Under the pieces are notes generated by a model. The model did not search any database. It was not told where the DNA came from and worked only from the letters and a program-made list of their open reading frames with translations. DNA of 63,443 nucleotides, filler included, from Catajapyx aquilonaris (Eukaryota), in the NCBI GenBank assembly GCA_000934665.2. It is 2 parts of 2 records of this genome, joined end to end, with 100 filler letters (N's around TTAATTAATTAA, not from the genome) between each part and the next. Parts side by side here need not be neighbours in the genome. Positions count along the whole stretch, not along the records: positions 1 to 31,692 come from JYFJ02004502.1; 1 more part is not named here. One strand, given 5' to 3'. A program made the translations under genes and the position numbers. Positions 1-11,372 of the stretch are shown in pieces; positions within the stretch are counted from its first letter, which is position 1; each line of letters starts with the position of its first letter.

Positions 1-96
1 TTCTAATTGTTTTATAAAACCGACCGGGGTTGTTGCCACCTACGATTTTTCCCCACCCCCTCGCCCGCGCTTGACCCATGACTCTGATACACCCTG
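1..96. mobile_element. End of a foldback MITE (same family as 11879-12408 and 24905-25080)
   Basis: ...CTTGACCCATGACTCTGATACACCCTG followed by TA. Confidence 0.8.
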
Positions 97-224
97 TATT
101 GAGCATGACTCATAAGAAAACCATAAAAAATAATCAACTGGGTTAAATTCAAACAGCTTCAATTTTTCATATAGGCCTATCCCCATTGAGGTGGAAGAAA
201 ATCATAGAAATAGTTCATACTTAC

Positions 225-297
225 CATCATCAGTATCATTTAGATTCATCGCAGTGTGTGGCTGTTGCATAATGTTGACAGCGTCACGGTACTGCCT
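225..297 (-). CDS. GOLGA5: Golgin-84 coding exon 4; gene continues beyond the window start (TM anchor not seen)
   Basis: Acceptor ttccag|AGG, donor G|gtaagt; reads RQYRDAVNIMQQPHTAMNLNDTDD in phase with exon 3. Confidence 0.75.
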
Positions 298-408
298 CTG
301 GAAATACAATTTTTTTGTGATGTAGCAGTAAGACAGTGTTTTCTGGAGGCTCATGCAATTTCGGGACTTTTTGGGCCTATTGTGGACCTATTCCTTCAGA
401 GGCATGTT

Positions 409-706
409 GTGTGTGTGTGTGATCAGACATTGCTATCCTTGTGAGGATTTTTTTCACTTGTTTCCTATCCTTGTGAGGACCGAAAACATTACGAGGACTT
501 TTTTCAGGCCCTCATAAGGTACACAGTTCTCACAAGGATGGCGGAAAATCAAACCAAGACCTCCTTTTTACTGTGAAAAAATAGGTCACCAAAATATCGT
601 GTGTTTTTTGTAGGTTAGGTTAGGTTAGGTTAGTTTTAAATTTTTATTTTTGCCAGACCCTCACAAGGATAGCACATTATAACATGGGTGTGTGTGTGTG
701 TGTGTG
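409..706. mobile_element. Non-autonomous element between (GT)n tracts, with inverted CTATCCTTGTGAGG motifs and an internal (TTAGG)4 tract
   Basis: (GT)n at 409-421 and 688-706; TGCTATCCTTGTGAGG 431-446 vs CCTCACAAGGATAGCA 659-674; TAGGTTAGGTTAGG at 610-633. Confidence 0.6.
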
Positions 707-1199
707 TTTTTTTTTAAGGAGTATTTTTTGTGCTCCTGAAAGGTCCAAAGTCGTTCAGAATTAATTAGTTTCACTAACGAAATTCTAGAAAAATATTTGG
801 TGACACTGCAAGTAGAAATGGGCTATGAACGGTAGAGTCCAGAGCAAGTGATACTTGCTTGCATTTTGTGTCTTTTGCCCAGTGACATAGAGAAAATATA
901 CCGCTAAACCGACAGCCATCTTGAATAAAATAATATTGAAAGTCTGGCACTGTGTGGGCAGCCATGACACTCCCGGGACAGAATTGCAGAAAATGTCGCA
1001 TATAAGTTTAAAATTAGTCTTTTCTGGGACAGCAAGTTCATAAGGAGATTATACAGGGCAGCGCCAGTAAATTAAGACACATTTTGCAGTCTAACAGTAC
1101 AAAGACAACAATATGTAGATTACTGTAATTGGTATAGCAACAAGCTGTATCTCTTGGGTTTACAAAACCGCCATGGTCAACATTGTGAATCGCACCATG

Positions 1200-2180
1200 A
1201 CCAGCCAATAGGACAAGAGAGTCACTACTATCGTGGCTGTCCACGCCGAAAGGACCCCCAAGGAGATAGTGGAGTTCCTCAAGCTCCCAAACGAGCCTGA
1301 TTTTCTGGATAGAAAATAACTCTGATGCTGCCGAGAACCAGGAGGAGTTCATGCCCATCGCTGTATCACCAAGAGAGGCAAGGAGTTTGTCACCGCAGTT
1401 GTCGAGAAGATTTAGAAGAACGAGAGGACCCTGGCAAGTCCATATGCGTCCTGACCAAAGAAAATGGTGTGCACCAGCTGTGCACCACAAGATCATCTCC
1501 AAGGTGGTGAAAGAGGGCTTATGATGAAGTCCTATTCTTGAAGACTGGCCATCTCCTGACGGATGCCACACAAAAGAGAACTAAGGTACCACTGGGGGTC
1601 GGACTTATGTCCCCGATGAATACTACCTGTGTGGCACTGTTGAGAAAGGGGTTGACAATGTCCGTAACAATACCTAGTAGCGAGTCAAGATCGCCATTTC
1701 CGAGGTGATGCGGCACGTGAAAAAGGATATCCTCACCAAGCCCTGTGAACTCTTCAGGTCTCTCCTAGAGGCTGTTGTGGCCACCAATGGTGGACACATT
1801 GAAAAATGTAAACTGTAGATACAGTTAAATGCATTTTTTATATCAAGAGCGATAATCAATCCATACAGTCCCCGGGTCCAGGTCTCCTCAATTTTCTCCA
1901 CCAGCGCCTCTACCGCATCCACCACTCCCCTTTGTTTACGGAACCCATATTGGTGCAGGTCCAGAACATTGTGGCGCTCCACCCAGTGCGCCAACCGTTG
2001 GTTGATGAGCCGGTCGTACACCCTGCCCAGGGCAGGAGCGAGGCATAGTAGAGGCCGGGCCCCTCTGTCCAGGTGCCAACTGTGTCAACTCATCGTTTAC
2101 TGACAATCTGCTAGTTGGCACAACTGCAAACCAACAATCCAATCCAAATTTCTGTGTATCCAGACTTTAGAGTCACCTTG
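1200..2180 (+). mobile_element. Degenerate Tc1-like transposon interrupted by a LINE fragment
   Basis: Remnants LHAERTPKEIVEFLK and FRSLLEAVVATNGGHIEK; TIR-like end CCAGACTTTAGAGTCACC at about 2160-2178 recurs at about 17087-17106. Confidence 0.6.
1825..2065 (-). mobile_element. Non-LTR retrotransposon reverse transcriptase fragment
   Basis: HQYGFRKQRGVVDAV...IIALDIKNAFN, typical early motifs of LINE RT. Confidence 0.85.
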
Positions 2181-2323
2181 AATGCCTCATTCAACAACAA
2201 TAGCCCACATATTATAGCAACCATACAGTGTTGTTGTTTGCGACGCGTTTCCAACACATTGGGAGCCCACCCACCCCACCCCCATTGCTAAGGTGCGGGC
2301 AAATGATATATCAACTACGTATA

Positions 2324-2950
2324 CTTGCAAAGCGAGTCAACTATATGTAAAGCCCCTATCCGAGGATATAGGATGGAAAATATTTCGCACTTCCCGAGGT
2401 CGTAGAGCGCTGGTCGAAGTTCTGTTGGATTCCTTGCCTCAGGTTTACCAATGTCAAAAATCCTCATAATCGCAAAATTTACAGCCGTTTTGGAGATAGC
2501 CAAAAGTCGACTTTTGCACGTGCCACCTTGCCCATCTGCTCGTCATTAAGCCGCCGGAGAACAATAGCACACCGTCTCCGGAGCCCCCTCCACCCGCCGC
2601 TGACATCTGGATCCACTCGAATCCCACCTCAGTGCCTTTTTCACCATACGTCAGCTAGGGTGCATTCTCATACTCCACATCTTTAGCGATGACGTCACGG
2701 GCTCTGTCAACGGATGCCGCCCCGCTCCGACCAATTTTGTGTAAAAAGACGCGCTCTGTTCGCATTGGAGAGTGGGGTAAGTGTGGGGCGGCCGGGTGCA
2801 CCTGCACCGGGCCTCAGAGAGTTACGGAGACCGAGGAGGACCTGCGCGGGACTGGACCAATTAGCGCCGAAGGCGCGCAAGTGGAGCGCAGCCCCGTGGG
2901 GGGGTGTGGGGGGGCGAAGCCCCCACGCCTTGCCAAGGGAGTCAACTATA
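2324..2950 (+). mobile_element. Unclassified element bounded by 22-bp direct repeats, with GC-rich hairpins near its 3' end
   Basis: CTTGCAAAGCGAGTCAACTATA (2324-2345) and CTTGCCAAGGGAGTCAACTATA (2929-2950); hairpins GCGCCGAAGGCGC and GGGGCGAAGCCCC. Confidence 0.5.
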
Positions 2951-3464
2951 AAAACCAGGGTCACAAGGATGTATCAGAAATTCACTGTTGAAAAGGTACA
3001 CTATGGTCTTACTTAGGGGCTATACCTCCCCATAAATAATGAAGTGTCGAGTGAGATGGCTGAACTCGACTGCAGCTCCGACATGCAGTGACCATACTGA
3101 CCCTCCTGCTGAAAGTGATGACCCTGTCACAACCAAGTATGGGAAGAGGCAATTAAGCCCACAAACAAGGAAAATATAAACACAGGGAAGAACGTCACTG
3201 AACGTCAACTGAACACTGCGACACCATTCAGCTCCCACAGAAACAATCAACTCAAAATCTTCCATGTGAGATTCAGTGGGACACAACAGCAAATAAATTC
3301 ACTGATCCAATTCGGACCCGTCCATTCAGAACGTCTTGCCCCATCACAGATGCATAACATTTGACCCACAACAATATAATTATAATATTAATGAGGTAGT
3401 AAACAACTTGAACAAATGAGATAAAAATGAAATAAAATGATGCGAAAAATAAGGGGGGGAAATC

Positions 3465-3822
3465 ATAACTTCTATCCCATAGCAGGTGGAACTGAGGTTT
3501 TGAACATAGATCCGCACAGCCCTATTGCACATTCGGCCCTTTCACGAAGAAGCCGAATTCCTAATGATTATTGAGCAAAAAAATAAAATCGCATTTTTCA
3601 ATGGTTTTTAATTTTTTGCAGATTACTGAAGAGGAATTATTAAGTACAAGTATAAATAGTAAGAAACCATTTCATGTTCTCTGTTCAAAATTTGGAAGCT
3701 CTACCTGCAACAAAATCTGAGTTAGGGCGAATGAAAAAACGTAACAACAAAAACAAGAAGTTGGAAAAATTCATTGTTGAAATTGCATATTCGGTCTTAC
3801 TTACGGGCTACTGCCTTTAAAA
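3465..3822. repeat. Dispersed repeat (second copy at about 55660-56023)
   Basis: Colinear similarity, e.g. TTTTGAACATAGATCCGCAC, TGTTCAAAATTTGGAAG, CGGTCTTACTTA.GGGCTAC. Confidence 0.8.
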
Positions 3823-3841
3823 TGTACTCTAAGCAACTCAC

Positions 3842-4174
3842 CTCAAGGCGCTCAATCTGCAGCATGAAAGAGTTTTTCTCGGTGGCCAGTGCTTCAATCG
3901 CAGCCTGCTTCTGGATGAGGTTCTCTGTGAGGGACCTAACTCTTCCCTCTAGCTCAGCCTCAGTCGTGGTGGCAAGTTGTTTGGCCATGAGTTGACCCCT
4001 GAGCCTGGTCACCTCCTGCTCTCTCTCCCTGACCTTGATCCCAATTGCTTCCTTTACACGGGATGCCTCATCCCTGGCAAACCTCAGTTCCTCAACACGC
4101 TGCTGGCAATCCTCTTCTGCTTCCTTACGACGTCTCACCTCCTCTTGGATTGTTTCCTGCAGTTTTGTCTGAGC
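3842..4174 (-). CDS. GOLGA5: Golgin-84 coding exon 3 (coiled coil)
   Basis: Acceptor tgtag|GCT and donor GAG|gtgagt, 333 nt, phase 0/0; ELEGRVRSLTENLIQKQAAIEALATEKNSFMLQIERLE matches the golgin-84 C-terminal coiled coil. Confidence 0.9.
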
Positions 4175-5497
4175 CTACAGAAGCACAGATGTTGACATTA
4201 CACACATTTTCTTGTTTACAAATTAATGTTATATTCCAATACACAAGCAAAAAAGAAGAATGAGACACACAGCCTACGAAAAGTAGCTGGATGAGGTAAG
4301 AATAAATGTGTATCTATTGCCCAGCAGCCTGTTTAAACCCTTGGCTCCTGGGCGTGTATCATAATGCATGCCTGGAGAAAAATTCACATCTCCTATTTTA
4401 AAGTCCAATTGGCTTTCTCAATGGTGATGTCACATTCTGAAAGATCTGGGCAGCCTACCTATGTACACTTCGTGCTTGTATATGTTTGTGTAAAACTCAA
4501 ACAAACCATGAAACATAATTATTCAGCACAATAAAAGTTGTGGGAATTTAGGCTAGGAAAACAGGAATGCATTTTTCTCCTCAGCTACCATTTCTCGAGC
4601 TATGCAATTGTTTGACACTTCAATGAACGTATGCAGTAACCCACGCATGAAATATGACCCCTCTGTCAAAAGCCAAGGCCATGTCATTAAAGAAACTATA
4701 TAAAAATTTAATCACTAGCCTTGTTGCCAGATTAATTTTATAATTTCTTCTCCCCTTTTCATCCACTTCTGTAACCTATCAGATGCCAATTTTCTTAGTG
4801 ACAGCCAGTACAAGTGCAATCATTAGCAGTGAAATCAATAAATTAAGGATAATGTTGAATATGATAAAAATTTTAACCACAATTAAGTTAACTTTGTTTA
4901 TAGTTTCCCTCACACCAAAATGTTGAAAACAAATATATCTGGAGAACTGGTTTTTGATATTTGCCAAATATAACAATATTTCTGGTGTAGGACGCGTACC
5001 GTAAATGTAGTCACTAGTCACCTCAATTAACAATAAAATTACTCATGTATTTTATTAGGTTAAAAATTTATGCCGCATATCAGAAGAAAGCCTGATTTAA
5101 CCACTCTACATAGAATGTAGTAACTACTGATTTCCATTGCCTAGTAAAAATATATGTCGCATAAAGTTAATTCAGGGATTTAAAAATAGGCTGTTAACTT
5201 TAGTGGCTTATCTTTTTACTAGGCAATCGAACTCGGTGTTTATTGCATTCAATGTAGAATGCTTAAATGAGGCTTTCTTCTGATATGTGGCATGGCACCA
5301 GCCACCAGGCATCGTGGATAGAGAGGGTGTCGTATAAAAGCAGCACAATGAACTCTGAGGGCATGGTTTATTCATGTGCACTCCCCAAATTCACTGACAC
5401 ACTAGTCCAGGACTTCCCAAACTTGGGGACCTGTAGGCCTACATAATATTTGGGGTTGTGAGAGAGGGTAACAAATTATTTTTACAAAATGATTCTA

Positions 5498-6615
5498 CTA
5501 GGAGCGTTCAAATATTAACCGGAATTTAAATCACATGCACAAACAACCACGCATGAGCGGAAGCTGTACCCATCAGGTGATGCTCCGGTATGTGGACAAC
5601 CTTTGACCCATTTTTGCCCTGTGAGCGTGAAGTTATGGAGAAGTAGGAGCAACAACTGAAGCAGAGGTTAATCCATGCACGGAACAACGCATTATCATTA
5701 GATTTCTGACCAGGGAAGGACAGAAACCGTCGGAAATGCACCAGACGTAAGGCACAGCATGGGGAAGACATATGTCAGACAGAAGAATTTACACTTGGAG
5801 TAAGGACTTCAAAGTGGGGCCAGAATGAAGCACATGAAGAACATCAACGACAGCGAATGCTGCTCGAGTTGATTATGTGACGATCGACAGATTATAGTGA
5901 ATAATATTGCCTCAATTTCAGACTTTTTCGAAGAAAAAAAGTCTTATAGAACGGCTCTGTCTGTCTGATACCTGTCCACAGACAGACGGACTGAGCCGTT
6001 CTATAAGACTTTATTCCAGGTTCACTCTAACCGCCCCTTTCCCCTGGCTGCTCCCTCCACCCACCACCCCCTCCCCCTGACCACCCCTTCTCCCCCAGAC
6101 ATCCCTTTCCCCCTCACCTCCCAGTCCACCCACCCACCACCCCAGATCACCCTTTCCCCCCTCCCAGTCCCGTGACTGACGTGGTTGGGGACAATAGCCG
6201 TAAACATAAAAGTCTCNGGGGGGGACGAGAGTACCATCATCCTCCCCTTGCAAGACAATGCACGTCCGCATGTCACTGCCCACAGGATAGTGACAATACA
6301 AAAGTTGAAATGGGTTGTTCTCCCCCACCCCTATACAGTCCTGATTTCACCTCATCGGATCGGCATCTCTTTGGACCTCTGAACACTTTTTTGGGGGAGA
6401 AAAAATTCTCAAGTAATGAGTAGGCCAGCGAAATTGTTCCCGAGTCTTCAGCATAATTACATTTTTTATGCCAATTACAGAAGCTACCAGAACAATGGCG
6501 CTGGTCCATTGCAAAGGCGATGGATTGGGATCAATGATGATATGACCAACATAGTTGAGTTTATCTTTTTACTTTTGTAATTAACAAATTCCTGCTCATA
6601 TTTGAACACTCCTAG
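5498..6615 (+). mobile_element. Internally deleted mariner element with a nested insertion
   Basis: TIRs CTAGGAGCGTTCAAATAT / ATATTTGAACACTCCTAG, TA on both sides; remnants LQDNARPH and YSPDFTSSDRHLFGPL. Confidence 0.85.
5920..6245 (+). mobile_element. DINE-1/Helentron-associated-like element inserted in the mariner
   Basis: AAGTCTTATAGAACGGCTC...GAGCCGTTCTATAAGACTT inverted pair, GTCY repeats, C-rich tract and 3' stem-loop; related head at about 33430-33530. Confidence 0.45.
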
Positions 6616-6720
6616 TATCTCTCTTGAAAAATATGCACATAAAGTACATTAATTGCAGAACAATAATTCAGATACTTGACAATAATATTATCACCAATTA
6701 TTGTCATTGAATACCACTGT

Positions 6721-7408
6721 CAGGGGCGGACTGGCCATGGTGGAGTTGTGGAGTTTTCCACAGGGGCAGGTCAGTTAGGGTCTGTAGGGGGCCGTAGGCC
6801 CGTCGTCTGGTTTTGCTCAGCCGCACAGGTGAGTTTGGACCAACCCCCTTCAACTCCCAGCGTGGCAGTATGGTGATGGTAGTGTAATTCGAGAGTCCCC
6901 TCCAGCCTGGAATTTGGTGCTCGCGCAGCCCAAGAGGGAGCTTACGATTCGGGCAGCTGACTGGCGATCTGCAAATGCCTTCCGGACCCAGCTGGTGGGG
7001 AAAGGATGGTTTCTCTTGGTTCAGGTGTCTGCCCAAATCGTAAGCGCCCTCTGGGGGGCTGCGCCAGCGCCAAATTCCAGGCCGGAGGGGACTCTCGAAT
7101 TACACTGCCGTATGAAAACAGAAAAATTTTACAATGTGATTGTTTTTAATTATTATTATTCTCTTGTTAATTACAATTTTAATGCTTCTCTGTCTCATTT
7201 CTTAAACAAGTGAAATTGGTTTTGTCAAATGTGTTTTCTATGAACACTGTTTTTCCCCCCAGCTTTCAACAAGTTCAATCTCATATCTCAGGAGAAATTT
7301 CATACTTTGCCAATGACTTATTACAGCATGGGGGAGGGCTGTTGGACTATGCCGGGGCAGCTTGTTGGCCTAGTTCTACAGTCAAATTTAGGTCCCAGTC
7401 CGCCCCTG
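6721..7408. mobile_element. Non-autonomous hAT element with a nested MITE (about 6878-7110)
   Basis: TIRs CAGGGGCGGACTGG / CCAGTCCGCCCCTG, perfect 8-bp TSD ACCACTGT; inner TIRs AGTGTAATTCGAGAGTCCCCTCC / GGAGGGGACTCTCGAATTACACT. Confidence 0.88.
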
Positions 7409-7619
7409 ACCACTGTGTATGTATCTTTTCCTATTGATGGATCAAAATGTGCGTATGCCCAACTGGCAGGGTGATGGGAGCTGGATGGGAGAGGAGAGGT
7501 ACAGTACTCTACTGCAAACGTGGGGCGGAGTTGAATTGGAAAGTTTGGGTTGCGAAATTTACGAGCAGTTTTCCTGGGTGTCGCCAACTAAACGGATTGG
7601 AAAGTATTGCGCTAGTCCC

Positions 7620-7955
7620 GGGGAGGTGTGGTGGCCGAGATGGTAATGTCAAAGTGAAATGCCCCAGGTTCGATCCCCGCCTGGGGAACTTCCTTTCACC
7701 TGCGTCAGGAGGGTCTCTGACCTGCACCAAGGTGGTGTCTGGCAACCTAACCTCCTGGGGAACAGCACATGACCCAGTTTCAGACAATGCACTTGCACCC
7801 ATATTCCCTCCCTGAAAAGCCCTATCCTTACCCAATCTCCTTGATTCCTTGCACCGGAGTGAAGTTAAGAGAAAAACAGGAAAATAAAGGTTCATGCAAT
7901 ATACCCCGTAAGGGGTGAAAGCATTACCCACAAAAAAAAAAAAAAAAAAAAAAAA
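7620..7955 (+). mobile_element. tRNA-derived SINE with poly-A tail
   Basis: A-box TGGCCGAGATGG, B-box GGTTCGATCCC, poly-A at 7932-7955; close relative at 54497-54825. Confidence 0.85.
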
Positions 7956-8003
7956 TTACACTAGTCCCACTGTCTTTCTTTCAACCTCTGTCCATTCCCT
8001 ACA

Positions 8004-8252
8004 CAGGGTGGTGTGAAGGGTGCAAACTTTCTCTGACTTAGGTTCCTTTCCACAATCCCAAAATGAAATTGCTCCAGTTGATTTTGACTCCTAACCGAGA
8101 TAATTTCATGTCAAATCTTTAGACACCATAAGATTTGACACACAAATCTCTGTAATGGAATCAAAATCAACAAAATCTACCAGGACAACTTTGTATTGGA
8201 ATATCACAAGGAACCTGTCCTAGAGGGCATGTCCACCTTTCACATCATCCTG
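8004..8252. mobile_element. Degenerate foldback MITE
   Basis: CAGGGTGGTGTGAA start, TTCACATCATCCTG end, internal inverted GTTGATTTTGA / TCAAAATCAAC. Confidence 0.55.
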
Positions 8253-9025
8253 GATACAACACTATTACTTTTCTGTCCTTGAGGCAGTTGGGAATGATGC
8301 TGTGGAATGTCAATGTTTGAATATCTACTGGTCTGTTGTCACTTATGTAAACCAAACTTCGGCTTTAGGTAGATGCAACTCTACCAATGAGCTCAGCCTT
8401 TTTTCAGCATGCAATGTTGCCTAATGGGAAAGTACAAGATGGCCAAAAGGTCCTGCATCAATGAGGAGGTCTGTGAATTGCCTTGTAATGGTGTTTTGTC
8501 TTTCTGCAGGTGAACTATGGCGACCAGTGAGGGTGTGGAACTCACTTTCCTCTGTGGATGTAAATTGTAAAGTCTACACCCACTGTGGTCTTGAGTCTGC
8601 TCAGGGTGCTTTGCCCTTTGGGCTCTTTCTCTGGGTGCTTTTGATTTAATTCTGCTGCGAAGTGTCAGTGGGTGTAGCCTTCACATCCCCAGAGGAGAAT
8701 GTGTTCCAAATGCTCATCAGTGGTCAACAATATGGTTCACCTGATTACGAAGCAAATCACAGACCTCCCCATTGATGCGGGACTTTTCAGCCACCTTGTA
8801 CATCACAATGCACTGCAAAATAACTACTTTCTGTATTCCTAACAGTAAGGCTTTCCATAAGACACTAGCTTATAGAAGGCAATCAGATAACTACACCACA
8901 GCACAATAAATTTGCCTACTTCACAAAGATGGTTAAAAATAAAATTAATACCTACATAGACAGTTTGTAGCCACTTTACTCAATGTTAATCATCATAACC
9001 AATTGTTTTTAAATCAATGCTTTAC

Positions 9026-10226
9026 CTGCACAGCCCCCTCTCTTCCTATCTCCAATCTTCTCTCACTTTCTTGCAGATCTCCCTGCAGTGACATAACTCG
9101 GGATCCCAGTTTGGCAACTTCTTCCTGAAGAGAGTCCCTTTCCATCTTCAGATGTTCCAATTCTGGGGACTCCATCTCTACTCCTGCTTCTCCCCCTTCC
9201 CGCAATGATGCTATCAACTTTTCCTTACTTTGCAATATCCTTTGAGCCTTTTGCTTGTACTCTGCCAAGTCTCTAGTAGCTGACTCGACCTGGGATTTTG
9301 CCTGCTGCACTTGGGCTAACAACTCCTGGTTAGTATTGTGCAATTGTGCTCCTTGCAATCGAACCTGTACTATCTCTTCCTCCAATTTTCCTTTTGACCT
9401 ACTTGCTGCCTGGGCACGTTCATTCAGACGCTGTGACTCTACCAAGTGTGCACTTCGTTCACGCTCTAGTATTGATTCTAACTCGAGCAATTTTGACCTG
9501 AGGTCATCCACAGCCTGACTTTGTAAGGTGGAGCTTACAGTGTCTTGCATTAATTCGTTAGCTCGTGACTTCCACTCATCACAGCTGCTCAATGCAGTTT
9601 GAAGATCAGCCTGAGCATGCTCTAATTCCTGTTCTTTTGAGGTCAATAGACTCTCCAATCCAGATTGCCGTGTACGGAACATTTCGATCTCCTTCGTCAT
9701 CACATGCATGCGAGATTCCTGTTCGGCCACCACTTGTCGGGATTCATTTAATTCTTTCTCAGCTGCTTTGACACGTTGAGCCATTTGTGTCATCTCTTGA
9801 TTCAAGCTTTGGATTTCATTTCGCAGAAGATGACATTCGGTCTCTGATTTGATGACACTAGAATCATGTGATAGCTCTGGTTCTGTTGATGTTACAGTTT
9901 CCATTATGTTGCTGTCCATTTGATCAGGTAAGGATGTAAGAACTGCATGCGCACTTCCAACTTCTGCCTTTTCAAGTGCTGCATCCAGAGCCTCGTCACT
10001 CTGGAAGTTTGGTACACTGCGAGTAACTGGCAATGACTTTCTCTTCCCGTCTGGTACTGGTGAAGGACTGTTCAGAAAATTGATGAGACTGTCGTCCTTA
10101 ATCTTGTCAGATTGCTTTGGCGGTCGTAGTGATAGTGTTGGTGGTGTTGGTGTTGGTAGTGGTAGTGGTGGTGGTGGTGGTGGTGGTGGTGGTGGAGTGT
10201 AAGATGAAGCTGGCTTCTGGTAATTC
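9026..10226 (-). CDS. GOLGA5: Golgin-84 coding exon 2 (poly-Pro linker, DDSLINFLNS motif, long coiled coil)
   Basis: Acceptor ctgcag|G at 10226 is in phase with exon 1 and in frame with ORF 9014..10033; coiled coil includes DLAEYKQKAQRILQSKEKLIASLR; donor CAG|gtaaag at 9026. Confidence 0.9.
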
Positions 10227-11372
10227 CTGCAGGATTGAAATGAGCAATTATTTTAAGGGTGTTAATCAGCCCAAGGAAACAATCCGAAGTGGGGGAATGC
10301 TGGAAAGTTGACAGGTTGACACCTTGTCGAGGTAAGCCAAGTCAGCAGTCATTTCACAATTCACAGTTTGCATATCACTGCATTGATACATAGTTTGTTT
10401 AATTTGTTGGTGAGCTCTTTACTCTCTTTCAAATTATCTTTCCTTTGTGATGCATACACATGGAAAAACCTCAACTCTTAAGGCATTTTAAATTTTGTTT
10501 TGTTTTGCGACAATAAAATGATATGCAACAGCCCTGCAAGCTTTGTAAGGTAGAAAATTGGAATTATGTGAGGTTGTATGTTGGACTTCGAATAAAATAC
10601 ATTGATTGATTTACATGTGGATATTCAGTTAATCAAAGTGTGGACAATAAATTTTTTCTCACTTCCACATAGGATTACAAAGTCTGGTGCCACAATCCAA
10701 AAAATGCTTTGACAGGATATGTAGGCAAGTAGTTCAAGACAGTGCCATTGCGTAATTATGGTGATGTGCAGGGAATATTTTTTAACCTATTTTATGGCTA
10801 AGCAGTGCTTACTTTGGTGATTGGGCAACATTTTGATACTACAAAATGAACTGGTCTGAAGTAACTGCTTAATGACAAGGGAGTTGAAATGAAAAAATGT
10901 TAGCAAGTAAGGCAGATACTCAGCAGGACACCTTTTTTGCTGGTCCACTAAGATCTTTGGCGCAAATGATGCTTGATAGTGTGTACTAGAGAAGTGAATT
11001 TCTCTAATACTGCAAACCATAGATGCAAAGGTCAGATACTGATACCTCCCATTCATCTGAATGCAATCGTACTCCAATGACTGACCATGATAACTGAAGC
11101 CTTTAATAAGCTTGCCAAGAGGAATAGTTGTTGTTAAATGTCATGCATTGGACAGAAAGTACCTCGAAAATAATCATAAGCAAGGCAACTCCATGTCTTC
11201 AGAGCTTCTTACGGACGTCAGTTATTGCGGTGGGCAATCCAGAGTAAGGTTGCGTTCAGAAAAGGTGGTGGGTTGGAGATGCCTTTTGCCATATGATGAA
11301 GAATACAGGACTTTTAGTGGTCAACGCTAGCTACAGCAACTGGCCACCTTTGCTGATACACAGGATTAAATG

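Noticed and set aside
10117..10311. Poly-valine ORF on the + strand
   Set aside because: Antisense of the golgin-84 poly-Pro tract
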